The position numbers were made by a program, and so were the translations under genes. From Scyliorhinus canicula (taxonomy: Eukaryota), in assembly GCF_902713615.1 (NCBI RefSeq), contig NW_024055479.1, positions 248,001 to 312,000 of the forward strand: a stretch of DNA of 64,000 nt, in the 5' to 3' direction. Within the stretch, counting starts at the first letter, position 1. Each line of letters begins with the position of its first letter. Under the pieces are notes generated by a model, which saw only the letters and a program-made list of their open reading frames with translations, did not search any database and had not been told where the DNA came from. Positions 1 through 11,030 of this stretch are shown piece after piece.

Positions 1-3000
1 GGAGACTGAGTACGCGTGAGTGAGTAGCTGAGTGAGGGTACGAGTGTGAGTGTGCGTGAGTGAGTAATTGAGTGAGGGTAGACGAGTGATTGTGGATGAG
101 TAACTGAGTGAGTGGAGGAGTGTATGTGTGGATGAGTGAGTTCCTGAGTGAGGATAGGAGGGTGAGTGTGGGTGAGAGAGTAACTGAGTGAGGGTAGGAG
201 AGTGAGTGCTGGTGAGTGATTGACTGAGTGAGGGTAGTAGAGTAAGTGCGGGTAAGAGAGTAACTGAGTGAGGGTAGGAGAGTGAGTGTGGGTGAGTGAT
301 TGACTGAGAGAGGGTAGTAGAGAGAGTGCGGGTGGGTGAGTAACTGAGTGAGGGGAGGAGAGTGATTGCAGGTGAGTGATTGAGTGAGGGTAGGAGAGTG
401 AGTGTGGGTGAGTGAGTAACTGAGTGAGGGAAGGAGGATGAGTGCAGGTGAGTGAGTAAGTGAGTGAGGGTAGGAGACTGAGTGCGGGTAAGTGAGTAAG
501 TGAGTGAGGGTAGGAGAGTGAGTGTGGGTGATTGAGTAACTGAGTGAGGGTAGGAGAGTGAGTGTGGGTGATTGAGTAACTGGGTGAGGGTAGGAGAGTG
601 AGTGCGGGTGAGTGAGTAACTGAGTGAGGGTTGGAGAGTGAGTGCGGGGGAATGAGTAATTGAGTGAGAGTAGTAGAGTGAGTGTGGGTGAATGAATAAC
701 TGAGTGAGGGTAGGAGAGTGAGTGTGTGCCAGTGAGTAACTGAGTTAAGGTAGCAGAGTACGAGCGGGTGAGTGATTAGCTGAGTGAGTGTAGGAGAGTG
801 AGTGAGTAACTGAGTGAGGGTAGGAGAGAGAGTGCGGGTGTGGGAATAACTGAGTGAGTGTAGGAGAGTGGGAGCGGGTGAGTGAGTAAGTGAATGAGGG
901 TAGGAGATTGAGTGTGGGTGAGTGAGTAACTGAGTCAGGGTCGGAGATTGATTGCGGGTAAGTGGGTAGCTGAGTGAGGGTCGGAGAGCGGGTGCAGTGA
1001 GTGAGTAACTGAGTGAGGGTAGCAGATTGAGTGCGAGTGAGTGAGTAACTAAGTGAGGGTAGGTGAGTGGGTGTGGGTGAGTGAGTAACTGAGTGAGGGT
1101 AGGAGAGTGAGTGCAGGTGAGTGAGTAACTGAGTGAGGGTAGGAGAGTGAGTGTGGGTGAGTGAGTAACTGAGTGAGGGTAGGCAAGTGAGTGCAGGTGA
1201 GTGATTAACTGAGTGATGGTAGGAGAGTGAGTGCGGGTGAGTGATTAACTGAGTGAGTGTAACAGAGGGAATGCGGGTGAGTGGGTAATTGAGTGAGGGT
1301 AGGAGAGTGAGTGCTGGTGAGTGAACAACTGAGTGAAGGGAGGAGTGTGAGTGTGGATGAGTGAGTAAGTGAGTGAAGGTAGGAGAATGAGTTTGTGCGA
1401 GTGAGTAACAGAGTGAGGGTAGGAGGGTGAGTGCGAGTGAGTGAGTAACTAAGTGAGTGCAGTAAAGTGGGTGTAGGTGAGTGAGTCACTGAGTGAGGGA
1501 AGGAGAGTGAGTGCGTGTGAGAAAGTGAGGGCAGGAGAGTGAGTGCAGGTGAGTGAGTACCTGAGTGAGGGTAGGGGAGTGAGTGTGGGTGAGTGAGTAA
1601 CTGAGTGAGCGTAGGAGACTGAGTACGGGTGAGTGAGTAACTGAGTGAGGGTACGAGTGTGAGTGTGCGTGAGTGAGTAATTGAGTGAGGGTAGACGAGT
1701 GATTGTGGATGAGTAACTGAGTGAGTGGAGGAGTGTATGTGTGGATGAGTGAGTTCCTGAGTGAGGATAGGAGGGTGAGTGTGGGTGAGTGAGTAACTGA
1801 GTGAGGGTAGAAGAGTGAGTGCAGGTGAGTGATTGACTGAGTGAGGGTAGTAAAGTAAGTGCGGGTAAGAGAGTAACTGAGTGAGGGTAGGAGAGTGAGT
1901 GTGGGTGAGTGATTGACTGAGAGAGGGTAGTAGAGAGAGTGCGGGTGAGTGAGTAACTGAGTGAGGGTAGGAGAGTGATTGCAGGTGAGTGATTGACTGA
2001 GTGAGGATAGGAGAGGGATTGTGGGTAAGTGAGTAACTGAGTGAGGGTAGGAGAGTGAGTGTGGGTGAGTAACTGAGTGAGGGTAGGAGAGTGAGTGTGG
2101 GTGAGTGAGTAACTGAGTGAGGGTAGGAGGGTGAGTGCAGGTGAGTGAGTAAGTGAGTGAGGGTAGGAGACTGAGTGCGGGTAAGTGAGTAAGTGAGTGA
2201 GGGTTGGAGAGTGAGTGGGTGATTGAGTAACTGAGTGAGGGTAGGAGAGTGAGTGCGGGTGATTGAGTAACTGGGTGAGGGTAGGAGAGTGAGTGCGGGT
2301 GAGTGAGTAACTGAGTGAGGGTTGGAGAGTGAGTGCGGGTGAATGAGTAATTGAGTGAGAGTAGTAGAGTGAGTGTGGGTGAATGAATAACTGAGTGAGG
2401 GTAGGAGAGTGAGTGTGTGCCAGTGAGTAACTGAGTGAAGGTAGTAGAGTACGAGCGGGTGAGTGATTAACTGAGTGAGTGTAGGAGAGTGAGTGAGTAA
2501 CTGAGTGAGGGTAGGAAAGTGAGTGCGGGTGTGGGAATAACTGAGTGAGTGTACGAGAGTGGGTGCGGGTGAGTGAGTAAGTGAATGAGGGTAGGAGATT
2601 GAGTGTGTGTGAGTGAGTAACTGAGTCAGGGTCGGAGATTGAGTGCGGGTGAGTGGGTAGCTGAGTGAGGGTCGGAGAGCGGGTGCAGTGAGTGAGTAAC
2701 TGAGAGAGGGTAGGAGAGTGGGTGTGGGTGAGTGAGTAACTGAGTGAGGGTAGGACAGTGAGTGTGGGTGAGTAGCTGAGTGAGTGAAGGAGAGTGAGCG
2801 CGTGTGAGTGAGTAACTGTGTAAGGTTCGGAGAGTGAGCGTGGGTGAGTGAGTAACTGAGTGAGGGTACGAGTGTGAGTGTATGCGAGTGAGTAACTGAG
2901 TGAGGGTAGGCAAGTGAGTGCAGGTGAGTGATTAACTGAGTGAGGGTAGGAGAGTGAGTGCGAGTGAGCGAGTAAATGAGTGACAGTAGGAGGGTGAGGG

Positions 3001-4086
3001 CGGATGAGTGAGTAACTGAGTAAGGTTAGGAGACTGAGTGCGCGTGAGTGAAGGAGTGAGGGTGGGAGAGTGAGTGTGGGTGAGTGAACGAGTGAGGACT
3101 GGAGAGAGAATTTGGGTGATTCAATAAATGAGTGAGGGTCGAGAGTGAGTGCGGGTGGGTGAGTAACTGAGTAAGGCTAGGAGACTGAGTGTGGGTGAGT
3201 GAGTAACTGAGTGAGGCTAGGAGAGTGAGTGTGGGTGAGTGAGTAACTGAGTGAAAGTGAGAGCGTGAGTGCGGGTGATGGAATAACTGTGTGAGAGTAG
3301 GAGAGTGAGTGTGGGTGAGTAACTGAGTGAGAGTGGGAGAGTGAGAGCGGGTGATGGAATAACAGAGTGAGGGTAGGATATTGAGTGTGGGTGAGTAAAT
3401 CAGTGAGGATAGGAGAGTGAGTGCACGTGGGTGAATGAGGGTAGGAGAGTGAGTGTGGATGAGTGAGTAAGTGAGTGAGGGGAGGTTTGTGAGTGTGGGT
3501 GATTTAGTAACTGAGTGAGGGTAGGAAAGTGAGTTTGGATGAGTAAGTATCTGAGTGAGGGTAGGAGTGTGAGTGTGGATGAGTGAGTAACTGAGTGAGG
3601 GTAGGAGTGTGAGTGTGGGTGAGTGAGTAACTGAGTGAGGGTAGGAGTGTGAGTGTGGGTGAGTGAGCAACTGAGTAAAGATAGGAGTGTGATTGTGGAT
3701 GAGTGAGTAACTGAGTGAGGGTAGGAGTGTGAGTGTGGGTGAGTGAGCAACTGAGTAAAGATAGGAGTGTGATTGTGGATGAGTGAGTAACTGAGTGAGG
3801 GTAGGAGAGTGAGTGCGGGGGAGTGAGTAACTGACTGAGGGTAGGAGAGTGAGTGCGGGGGAGTGAGTAACTGAGTGAGGGTAGGAGAGTGAGTGCAGGT
3901 GAGTGAGTAACTGACTGAGGGTAGGAGAGTGAGTGTGGATGACTGAGGTACTGAGTGAGTGTAGGAGGGTGAGTGCGGGGGAGTGAGTAACTGAGTGAGG
4001 GTAGGAGAGTGAGTGCAGGTGAGTGAGTAACTGACTGAGGGTAGGAGAGTGAGTGTGGATGACTGAGGGAACAGAGGGAGTGCGGA
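1..4086. repeat. Tandem satellite, ~40-bp unit (consensus GAGTGAGTAACTGAGTGAGGGTAGGAGAGTGAGTGCGGGT), ~100 copies, running off the left edge
   Basis: Direct reading of the repeated unit; plus strand ~50% G and ~5% C. The His/Thr/Ser/Leu-rich minus-strand ORFs are by-products of this repeat. Confidence 0.97.
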
Positions 4087-4560
4087 TCCAGATCACTTTC
4101 TGGTCCATGTTAATCCCCAGGAGGTTGTTAGTGGGGATTCAATGATGGTAATGCCATTGAGGGGCGGTGGTTAGATACGTTCTTACTGGAGGTGGGCATT
4201 GCCCTCAATTGGGTGACTTGACTTTTACTTACCACCTGTTAGCCAGAACCTGATATGGCCGCCATGTTGCTTTATTTACACATAGATTTATTTAGTGACT
4301 GCACAGTTGCAAATTGTGCTGAGCATGGTGCAACAACCCCAGTTCAGACCTCATGGTGGAAAGAAGGTCATTGATGAATAAGCTGAAGATGGTTGGACCT
4401 AGGATATTGCCCTGAAGAAGTCTTGCAGTGATGTCCTGGAACTGAGATAATTGATCTCCAGCAATGGAATCCATCTACCTTGGAGATTGTTCCCCTAGTT
4501 CCCATGGTTCCATTCTTTGGTTGGACTGCTTGAGGTCACACGTTGAAATGCTGCCTTGAT
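4087..4560 (-). mobile_element. CR1/L2-group LINE reverse-transcriptase fragment (decayed)
   Basis: ORF 4292..4474 gives LLQGNILGPTIFSLFINDL, a degenerate (V)PQGSVLGP..F..FINDL RT motif. Confidence 0.75.
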
Positions 4561-4562
4561 TT

Positions 4563-4860
4563 GGCGGCACGACAGCACAGTGGTTAACCCTGTTGCTTCA
4601 CAGCACCAGGGACCCGGGTTCGATTCCCAGCTTGGCTCATTGCCTGTGTGCAGTCTGCACGTTCTCCCCGGAGTCTGCTTGTGTTTTTTCCGGGCGTTCC
4701 GGTTTCCTCTCACAAGTCCCGAGAAACGACCTGTTAGGGGGTTTGGATATTCTGAATTCTCCCTCTGTGTAGCCGAACCAGAGTGTGGCGACTGGAGGAT
4801 TTTCACAGTAACTTCATTGCAGTGCTAATGTAAGCCTACTTGTGACAATAAAGATTAATA
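4563..4860 (+). mobile_element. tRNA-derived V-SINE (HE1-like) with CACAGTAACTTCATTGCAGTG...GTGACAATAAAG tail
   Basis: A/B-box-like head (GGCACAGTGGTT...GGTTCGATTCCC) and a central domain shared with many other copies in the window. Confidence 0.85.
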
Positions 4861-4899
4861 TTGTTATTATTGATGTCAAATTCAGTCGCTCTCACCTGT

Positions 4900-5935
4900 G
4901 TATCTGAAAGTGCGTGCGTTTTTGAGTGTATGTGAGGGAGAGTGTGGGCATGTGTCTGAGAGCGTGGGTCTGTGTCTATGTATGTGACTGCATGCATGCG
5001 TGTTAATGTGTGTGTGTGTTTCTGCGAGACATGGGTCAAGAGAGTGGGAGAAAGAGTATACGTGTGAGTGTGTGTGTGAGAGAGAGTATCTGTCTGGGAG
5101 AGAATATCTGTGTGTGAGAGCGCGATTGTGTGTATCTGTGCGAGAGAAAGGATGTGTGTGTGAGGGAGCAAAATAGTGTGCACAGGAGAGAGATAGAGAG
5201 TATGAGCAAAATTGTGTGTGAGAGAGCATGTGTGTGAAAGAGTGCCTTCACAAGAGACCATGTGTGTGAGAGAGCATGTATGCACCAAAGCATGTGAGTA
5301 AGACAGCATGTATGTGAGAGAGCATGTGTGCGAGAGAACATGTGTGTGAGAGTGTGTGCGACACAACATATGTGTGAGAGCATGTGTGCAAGGGAGCATA
5401 TGTGTGAGAGTGCAAGTGTGAGAGAACGTGTGCATGGGAGAGCATGTGTGCAAAAGAACATGTGTGTGAGAGAGCATGTGTGCGAGAGAGCATGAGTATG
5501 ATAGAGCATGTGTGCGAGAAAACATGAGTACGAGAGCATGTGTTAGAGCATGTGTGCAATCAAGAATGAGAGTTCGTGTGTGAGAGAGTTTGTGTGTGAG
5601 AGAGCGTGTGTTGGTGAGAGCATGAGTGTGAGAGAGTGAGTGTATGAGAGAGCATGTATGTGAGAGAGCAAGTGTGTGAGAGAGCTTGTGTGTGAGAGAG
5701 CATGTGTGTGAGAGCATGTGTGTGAGAGAGCATGTGTGCAAGAGACGTTACAGGTGTGACAGAGCAGGATTACAAGAGCGCATGTGTGTGCGAGAGGCCG
5801 TGTGTGTGTGTCTGTGTGGGAGAGCGTGTGTGTGAGAGCGTGAGAGAGCGTGCATGCGAGAGACCATGCGTGTTAGAGAAAGTGTGTGAGAGAGAGCATA
5901 TGCATGAGAGAGTGTATGTACATGAAAACATATTT
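4900..5935. repeat. Compound (GT)n/(GA)n minisatellite, frequent unit GAGAGCATGTGTGT(GA)
   Basis: Direct reading; explains the His/Thr-rich ORFs at 4836-5960. Confidence 0.92.
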
Positions 5936-7538
5936 GGATAATATGGTTATAACACTGCATTATAATTGTTTAAGTTATATTAAGTTTACTCACTAATTTG
6001 AAAATGTTTTAATTAAATAGTTTCAGACTGCAGTAACAAATTGCGTTCTTAATGACGCCGTGGTTTAGTTTAATCAGTAAGCATTAGATAAAATTTTAAA
6101 AGTCTACCAATTCTTTAATTCCTTTCCTTATTTTTGAAACCTGCTGCGTTTACTCCCTACAATTGTGTTTCAAGGAGATTCAAACGCGCAAACCTTTTTA
6201 CATGTAACCAGAAAACGTGTAACTGCTCAATATCACCCAGTTTGAACAATGCAGAAACAAGGGAGAAACAGGAAACCGCTTCACAAATCGTACTTATTCA
6301 AAGTCACTCAGACAAACTATCTCCTCAGCAGGAAAACACCAAAACTCATCGTAAGGACTCAACCCGTTTCATTGAGAAACAGCTAAATTCTACATTCAAC
6401 AGAATCAAACGTAACATTTCAAAAACATCTGAATATCGAATCCAGCAAACCAGTTCGTCAACAAATGTACGAATTATCAATCTAAATAGAAATACAGAAT
6501 AACAGCAATATCATTGTGAGGATGTGGAGTATGTCCAAAATATTTTTGAAACTTTACCACATGTTATTCATGTTGGACCATATTTCAAACGCATTTAAAC
6601 AATTGCCAGGAGAGATAAAGCTGCATCCATCAATCCCACCAAGATGGAACATTGCAGAAAAACCAGGCTGTGATTGCAGTAACAAATTATGTTCGGAAAG
6701 AGCATTTTAAACTGTGGTTTAATCTGCAATCATCACTTTTAAAAACACTCTAAAACCCTGACTGTTTTCTGCCTACAATCATGCAGCCGTTTCAAACACG
6801 TGTGTTGTTTTCATTCAATTACAAAACATGGAACCGCTCAATATCAACGAGTTTAAAGAACATAGAAATGCCAGAACCGTTTCACAAACTTCACACATTC
6901 AAAATCACCCAGACTCAATATCTTCAGCAGAAATACACCAAATTTCATCAGCGAGGGGCTGAAATTTGTCTCACGGAGAACCATCTAAAATCTACAAACA
7001 CTTTCAACAGAATCAAACAGCGTTTCAAGAAAATCTCAATCTAGAACCCACCAAATCCGCCTTTCAGCAAGTGAATGAACAATTAAAACACACAGAAATA
7101 TGGAAGAATATCATCAGCATTGTCAATAAGCGGGAAGTGTTCAATAAATTGACACAGATACATCAGCACTTTTGTTAATATTGGGTTAGATTTCTAACAC
7201 TTGTGTAGCAGATGGTAAAACCTGCTCAGATGTCGCCGAGATTAAACATTACAAAATACCAAACTGTTTAACAGGCGTCAGGTATTTAAAGTATCCAGCC
7301 ACACAGTCCTCAGCAAATACACATCAAATCATAACAACCAGGGACTGAATCCCTCAGCAGCATATTTTATCAAGAGGCAGAGTAATTCCTATTTCAGCAG
7401 AATCACATGAAACATTGCAACAAAATCTCAATACAGCAAACCCACAATTCAGTGAACGAATGCATACTTAAAATAGAAAAAAATAAGTAAAACAAAGACA
7501 AAAGTAAAGCAGTTCATAAATAATGGAACAGTTCTTAC

Positions 7539-7586
7539 CTGCATTCGCCGTCACCATGGTGCCTTGTCCCCAGTAGCCCATGGCGT
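7539..7586 (-). CDS. IGHJ: Ig heavy-chain JH segment (AMGYWGQGTMVTANA) followed by splice donor GTAAG
   Basis: Minus strand AC GCC ATG GGC TAC TGG GGA CAA GGC ACC ATG GTG ACG GCG AAT GCA G|GTAAG; WGxG motif; flanked by a 23-RSS. Confidence 0.96.
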
Positions 7587-7625
7587 CACAGTGTCACATT
7601 CCCTGGGCTGCTCCATACAATAACC
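7587..7625 (+). promoter_or_regulatory. 23-bp-spacer RSS of JH
   Basis: CACAGTG (7587-7593), 23-nt spacer, ACAATAACC (7617-7625). Confidence 0.95.
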
Positions 7626-7925
7626 GCACCTGCACAAAATAGACATAAATCCGCCATTATTTTAAATATTCACAAACCAGCGGCAAAGCAAACTTGTAAT
7701 GATATTCATGAAATTAGAAATGTATTTGTGGATATCGCTTGCTGTTCAGAAATGACCCTATTGTTTTATATTTCAGAGTAACATATGAACATGTAATTGA
7801 AATGACTAACTAATGAGTGGATAATTATCACAGAGTTTCCATATTATTTCTCGTTATTTGGGCAGTGATGGACATAATTAATACTTCACTGTGAATAAAG
7901 TTGGATCAGTTAATTAGTGCTGAAG

Positions 7926-7993
7926 GGTTTTTGTATTGACAGTAACTGCTGTGCTACCCAGCTATCACAGTGAGACACAGCGTGTCAAATACT
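7926..7993 (-). other. IGHD: Ig DH segment (D2-type, ATAGCTGGGTAG at 7954-7965) flanked by two 12-RSS
   Basis: Plus strand: GGTTTTTGT (7926-7934), 12 nt, TGCTGTG (7947-7953), D, CACAGTG (7966-7972), 12 nt, TCAAATACT (7985-7993). About 300 bp from each neighbour, as in shark miniclusters. Confidence 0.93.
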
Positions 7994-8303
7994 GCGGCAG
8001 ACTGTTGAATGTAAAATACAGAGATTTAATTTCACTATTCCATCAAAAAACTAACTCTGTCTCTTCCAAGAGCGAATGGGTGAGTTATTTCAGCTTGTCC
8101 TGGTCATTCCATTTATAAAGAGGGTCGCAACACTTTTAAACTCTCTGTGCAGATTTAGTATGTCGGTTTACAGAGGTAAAGTGGAAGATATTTTACCCTT
8201 TTACAACTAATATTACTTCCAACCTTTGTTTTATCCGAGCCACATTTACTTTGACAATCCTTCTGTGACGCTGATCACCAATTTGAACAAGCTCTTTCTC
8301 TGG

Positions 8304-8341
8304 CGTTTTTGTATGAGGATGTCGCTGTGCACAGCACTGTG
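8304..8341 (-). promoter_or_regulatory. 22-bp-spacer (23-type) RSS 3' of the V-D1 exon
   Basis: Minus strand CACAGTG (8341-8335), 22-nt spacer, ACAAAAACG (8312-8304). Confidence 0.92.
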
Positions 8342-8658
8342 ATCCACTGCTGTACCTCTTGCACAGTAATAGATGGCGGTGTCTTCAGTCTTCAGACTCC
8401 TCATGGCCAAAGAAAAGATGTTGTTCGAAGTGTCTTTGGACGCAGTAAATCGATCTTTAATGGCTGGGGCGTAGCCGTTGTAGGATGAAGTACGGTAGCT
8501 AACGAGCCACTCCAGCCCCTGTCTGGGTACCTGGCGGACCCAGCTCATCCAGTAGCTGCCAAGGCTGAACCCGCTGGTTTTACAGATCAGTGTCAGGGAG
8601 CCTCCGGGACGCCCGGTCTCTGCCTCTGGCTGAGTCAACACAACCTGCGACTGGACAC
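8342..8658 (-). CDS. IGHV: Ig heavy-chain VH exon (shark IgM-like), open frame, with a 15-nt D1-like extension (8342-8356)
   Basis: After acceptor tttttacag: [50 protein letters not shown]...KDRFTASKD...[15 protein letters not shown]. Both Cys and the core Trp are present. Confidence 0.97.
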
Positions 8659-8786
8659 CTGTAAAAACATATCAAAAAGCCCGAGGATTAATGCTGGTGA
8701 AATGATTGGTGACTCTGGAACATTCCAGAGAGAGACCAACACTGAGACAGTAACAGTGAGAGACTTGGACAATAAAAACTACTCAC

Positions 8787-8832
8787 GGGATAAGAAAGTC
8801 AGCAACAAACTGAGAGAAATGGCCCACCTCAT
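8787..8832 (-). CDS. IGHV: VH leader exon (MRWAISLSLLLTFLS-R), phase-1 intron 8659-8786
   Basis: ATG AGG TGG GCC ATT TCT CTC AGT TTG TTG CTG ACT TTC TTA TCC C|GTGAGT; splices in frame to GT GTC CAG TCG, giving signal peptide MRWAISLSLLLTFLSRVQS. Confidence 0.93.
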
Positions 8833-8919
8833 CCTTCTGGTCATTTGGGGGAAATGGTTGTGTCAGGAACTCAGTGAACAAACCAGCTCCCGGACTGTTG
8901 GATTCGGGTCCCAGTGAGC

Positions 8920-8950
8920 GGCATTTAAATACCCGGCAGAAGGGGGCGGC
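8920..8950 (-). promoter_or_regulatory. Putative VH core promoter (TATA-like TATTTAAAT and adjacent GC box)
   Basis: Minus-strand TATTTAAAT ~90 bp upstream of the leader ATG; GGGGGCGG at ~8942-8949. No TSS data. Confidence 0.45.
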
Positions 8951-10679
8951 TTTCCAGGCGCCGCCTGTTGATTCCCTGGTGGAGGCGGCGACTGGATCCA
9001 CGTCCCACCTTCCACACCCCCAACAGAATGGACCCAGAGATTTAAATAGGTTATTATTTTAAAAACGATATTAGATCGATATCGGTATATTTGTTTGGCT
9101 GAATGAATTCATTGTAATGTCTATCCTCATCTCAATCGAAAATTATATTTGAAAATCTCTAAGTAAAATCTAATTCAATTATATATTAAGTCTCTTTATT
9201 TCTACACTCCAATATAAAGGGATGCACATAAACAGATTAAATTACATTATCAGGGAATAAATCGTCTGTCTGATTTGCAACATTCTCGGTCTCTATCCCA
9301 TTACAACAATAAAGTATAATTTATCAGACGAAATGTAACTAAATGAGGGAATGAATGAAGTGATTCCATTTGCAGTGCGGATGGCCATCACTGTACAATG
9401 TGGGTCTGTCGACAAGAAGAAGCTCTAACATTTCATAATGTCTCTCTTTACATTTCTCGAATTGCCCCTGAGCCTCAGACAGTCCTGTGAACATTAGCGG
9501 TAAAATAAGCCGCTTGCCTGATAATGCAACAGTGAGTTGACAGAGAAACATAAAATTCACACCAGCTTTTGACAGAGAAGTTAATGAATCAGAACGGACA
9601 CGGCGATCAGCAAAGTTATCCTTCAGCGTCCAAATCATTGCCGCTAATTTTACTGACCACCGGCTGTCTAACATTCACTGGTATTGGGAACACAGGATAT
9701 CAGGACTTTGCGGCATATTACACAATATCACAGGAATAAATGTGTTATCTTCCACTGAAGCTGGTCATGAACTGGTCATTTCTCCACTCATTGGCAGCAA
9801 TGAGAGAGACTGTTAAATAATTGAAATCCAGACAAACTAAACTGTACAGAACACGGTGTTAATCGAGTATAAGAGACGACTCCGTTTAAAGCAGATCAAC
9901 AACTCGGAGAATATTCCAGGATTCCCCGCGAGTTCAATGCAGTTTATTTACTTTTAATTCGTTTTATTTTATTTTTTGCAATTTCACTCATCTTATTGAC
10001 CTTGTGGATTGTGTCCATCAACACCACTCACTCTCACTTCATTAGGCTCTTAACAAACGGACTTTAATAGCTAGAGTGACCTTTACTCAGAACTAATATA
10101 AATTAAACAGCATCGGGTCAGGTTACTATTTTCCGATTGTGTTTAATCTCATAGTGAACAAAACATTCAGTGAATATATTTCTTTGCATGGATCACCATT
10201 TGAAACGTTTACTTCAAGTGCGACTAAACATTTATTGTTTGAATGGATAAATCCCATTGTGTCCATTCATATTCAGGCTAATCTGCCCCACACAGTATTT
10301 GGCAGCAATCCAGCCGCCTGCAGTCAGGGAGGCTCGAATGTTCAATGTTGTTTACAGGAAGCATCTGGATTTGTTTTTCAGAGATCTGTTTGCTCAGTAC
10401 TGACTGATTGGCTGCAAGCCAACTTCAAACTCTTAACATTGTCAATGAGGACTATTTATAAACAAATCTACCCAGCAACAGTACTTTTTATGTTTAAAAT
10501 CGTGAACTTATTTGAACTGTTCCCATCTCTAAGGAAAGGAGAGTTATCCAGCTTTTCTAGCCCCTCTTATCAACACTAGCCGGCTGGAGGATCTCTCCCA
10601 CACATCATAACATTGTGATGTTGGATAGAAATACAATCAGACTGTCAGACAGGGGATACATTTTTTAATAGATAAACAT

Positions 10680-11030
10680 GTACATTTATGTGTTTTTCCC
10701 TTTATTCTTCCGTGGAATGTGGGACTCACTGGCAAGCCCACCATGTGTTCCCTGTCCCTAATTGCTGTTGAACTGAGTGGGCCAGCTCAGAAGGAACTGA
10801 AGATTCAGACATGTTGCTCTCTGACTGGGGCCACATGTTGGTGAGACCAGGGAAGGTTGCCAGATTTCCTTCATTGGTAAAGCAGAGGGGATTTCATGGC
10901 CACCATTAGTATGTATTCCATATTTATTAATTGAATTCAAATTCCATCACCGGCCATGGTGGGATTTGTACCCGAGTCCCTACAGAATTAGCCTGGGCCT
11001 TTGGATTACTGGTACAATAACATTAATATT
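10680..11030 (-). mobile_element. Decayed SINE of the SacSINE1/DeuSINE-like family
   Basis: Reverse complement of the tRNA-like head and tail seen in the copy at 56440-56800. Confidence 0.55.

Noticed and set aside
1-4086. CRISPR-like regular repeat
   Set aside because: Contiguous tandem units with no unique spacers, in vertebrate DNA with no cas genes.
1205-5960. Long His/Thr/Ser/Leu-rich ORFs (up to 360 aa)
   Set aside because: They are stop-free readings of the C-rich strand of the 40-bp satellite and the CA/GA minisatellite, with no independent coding signal.
1-7538. Ig constant-region exons
   Set aside because: No C1-set exon was recognised downstream of JH. C exons presumably lie beyond position 1, so the IgM assignment rests on VH similarity only.
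9273-9280. Octamer-like ATTTGCAA upstream of VH
   Set aside because: One mismatch and ~440 bp from the ATG; expected by chance in AT-rich DNA, and shark IgH promoters are reported to lack the canonical octamer.
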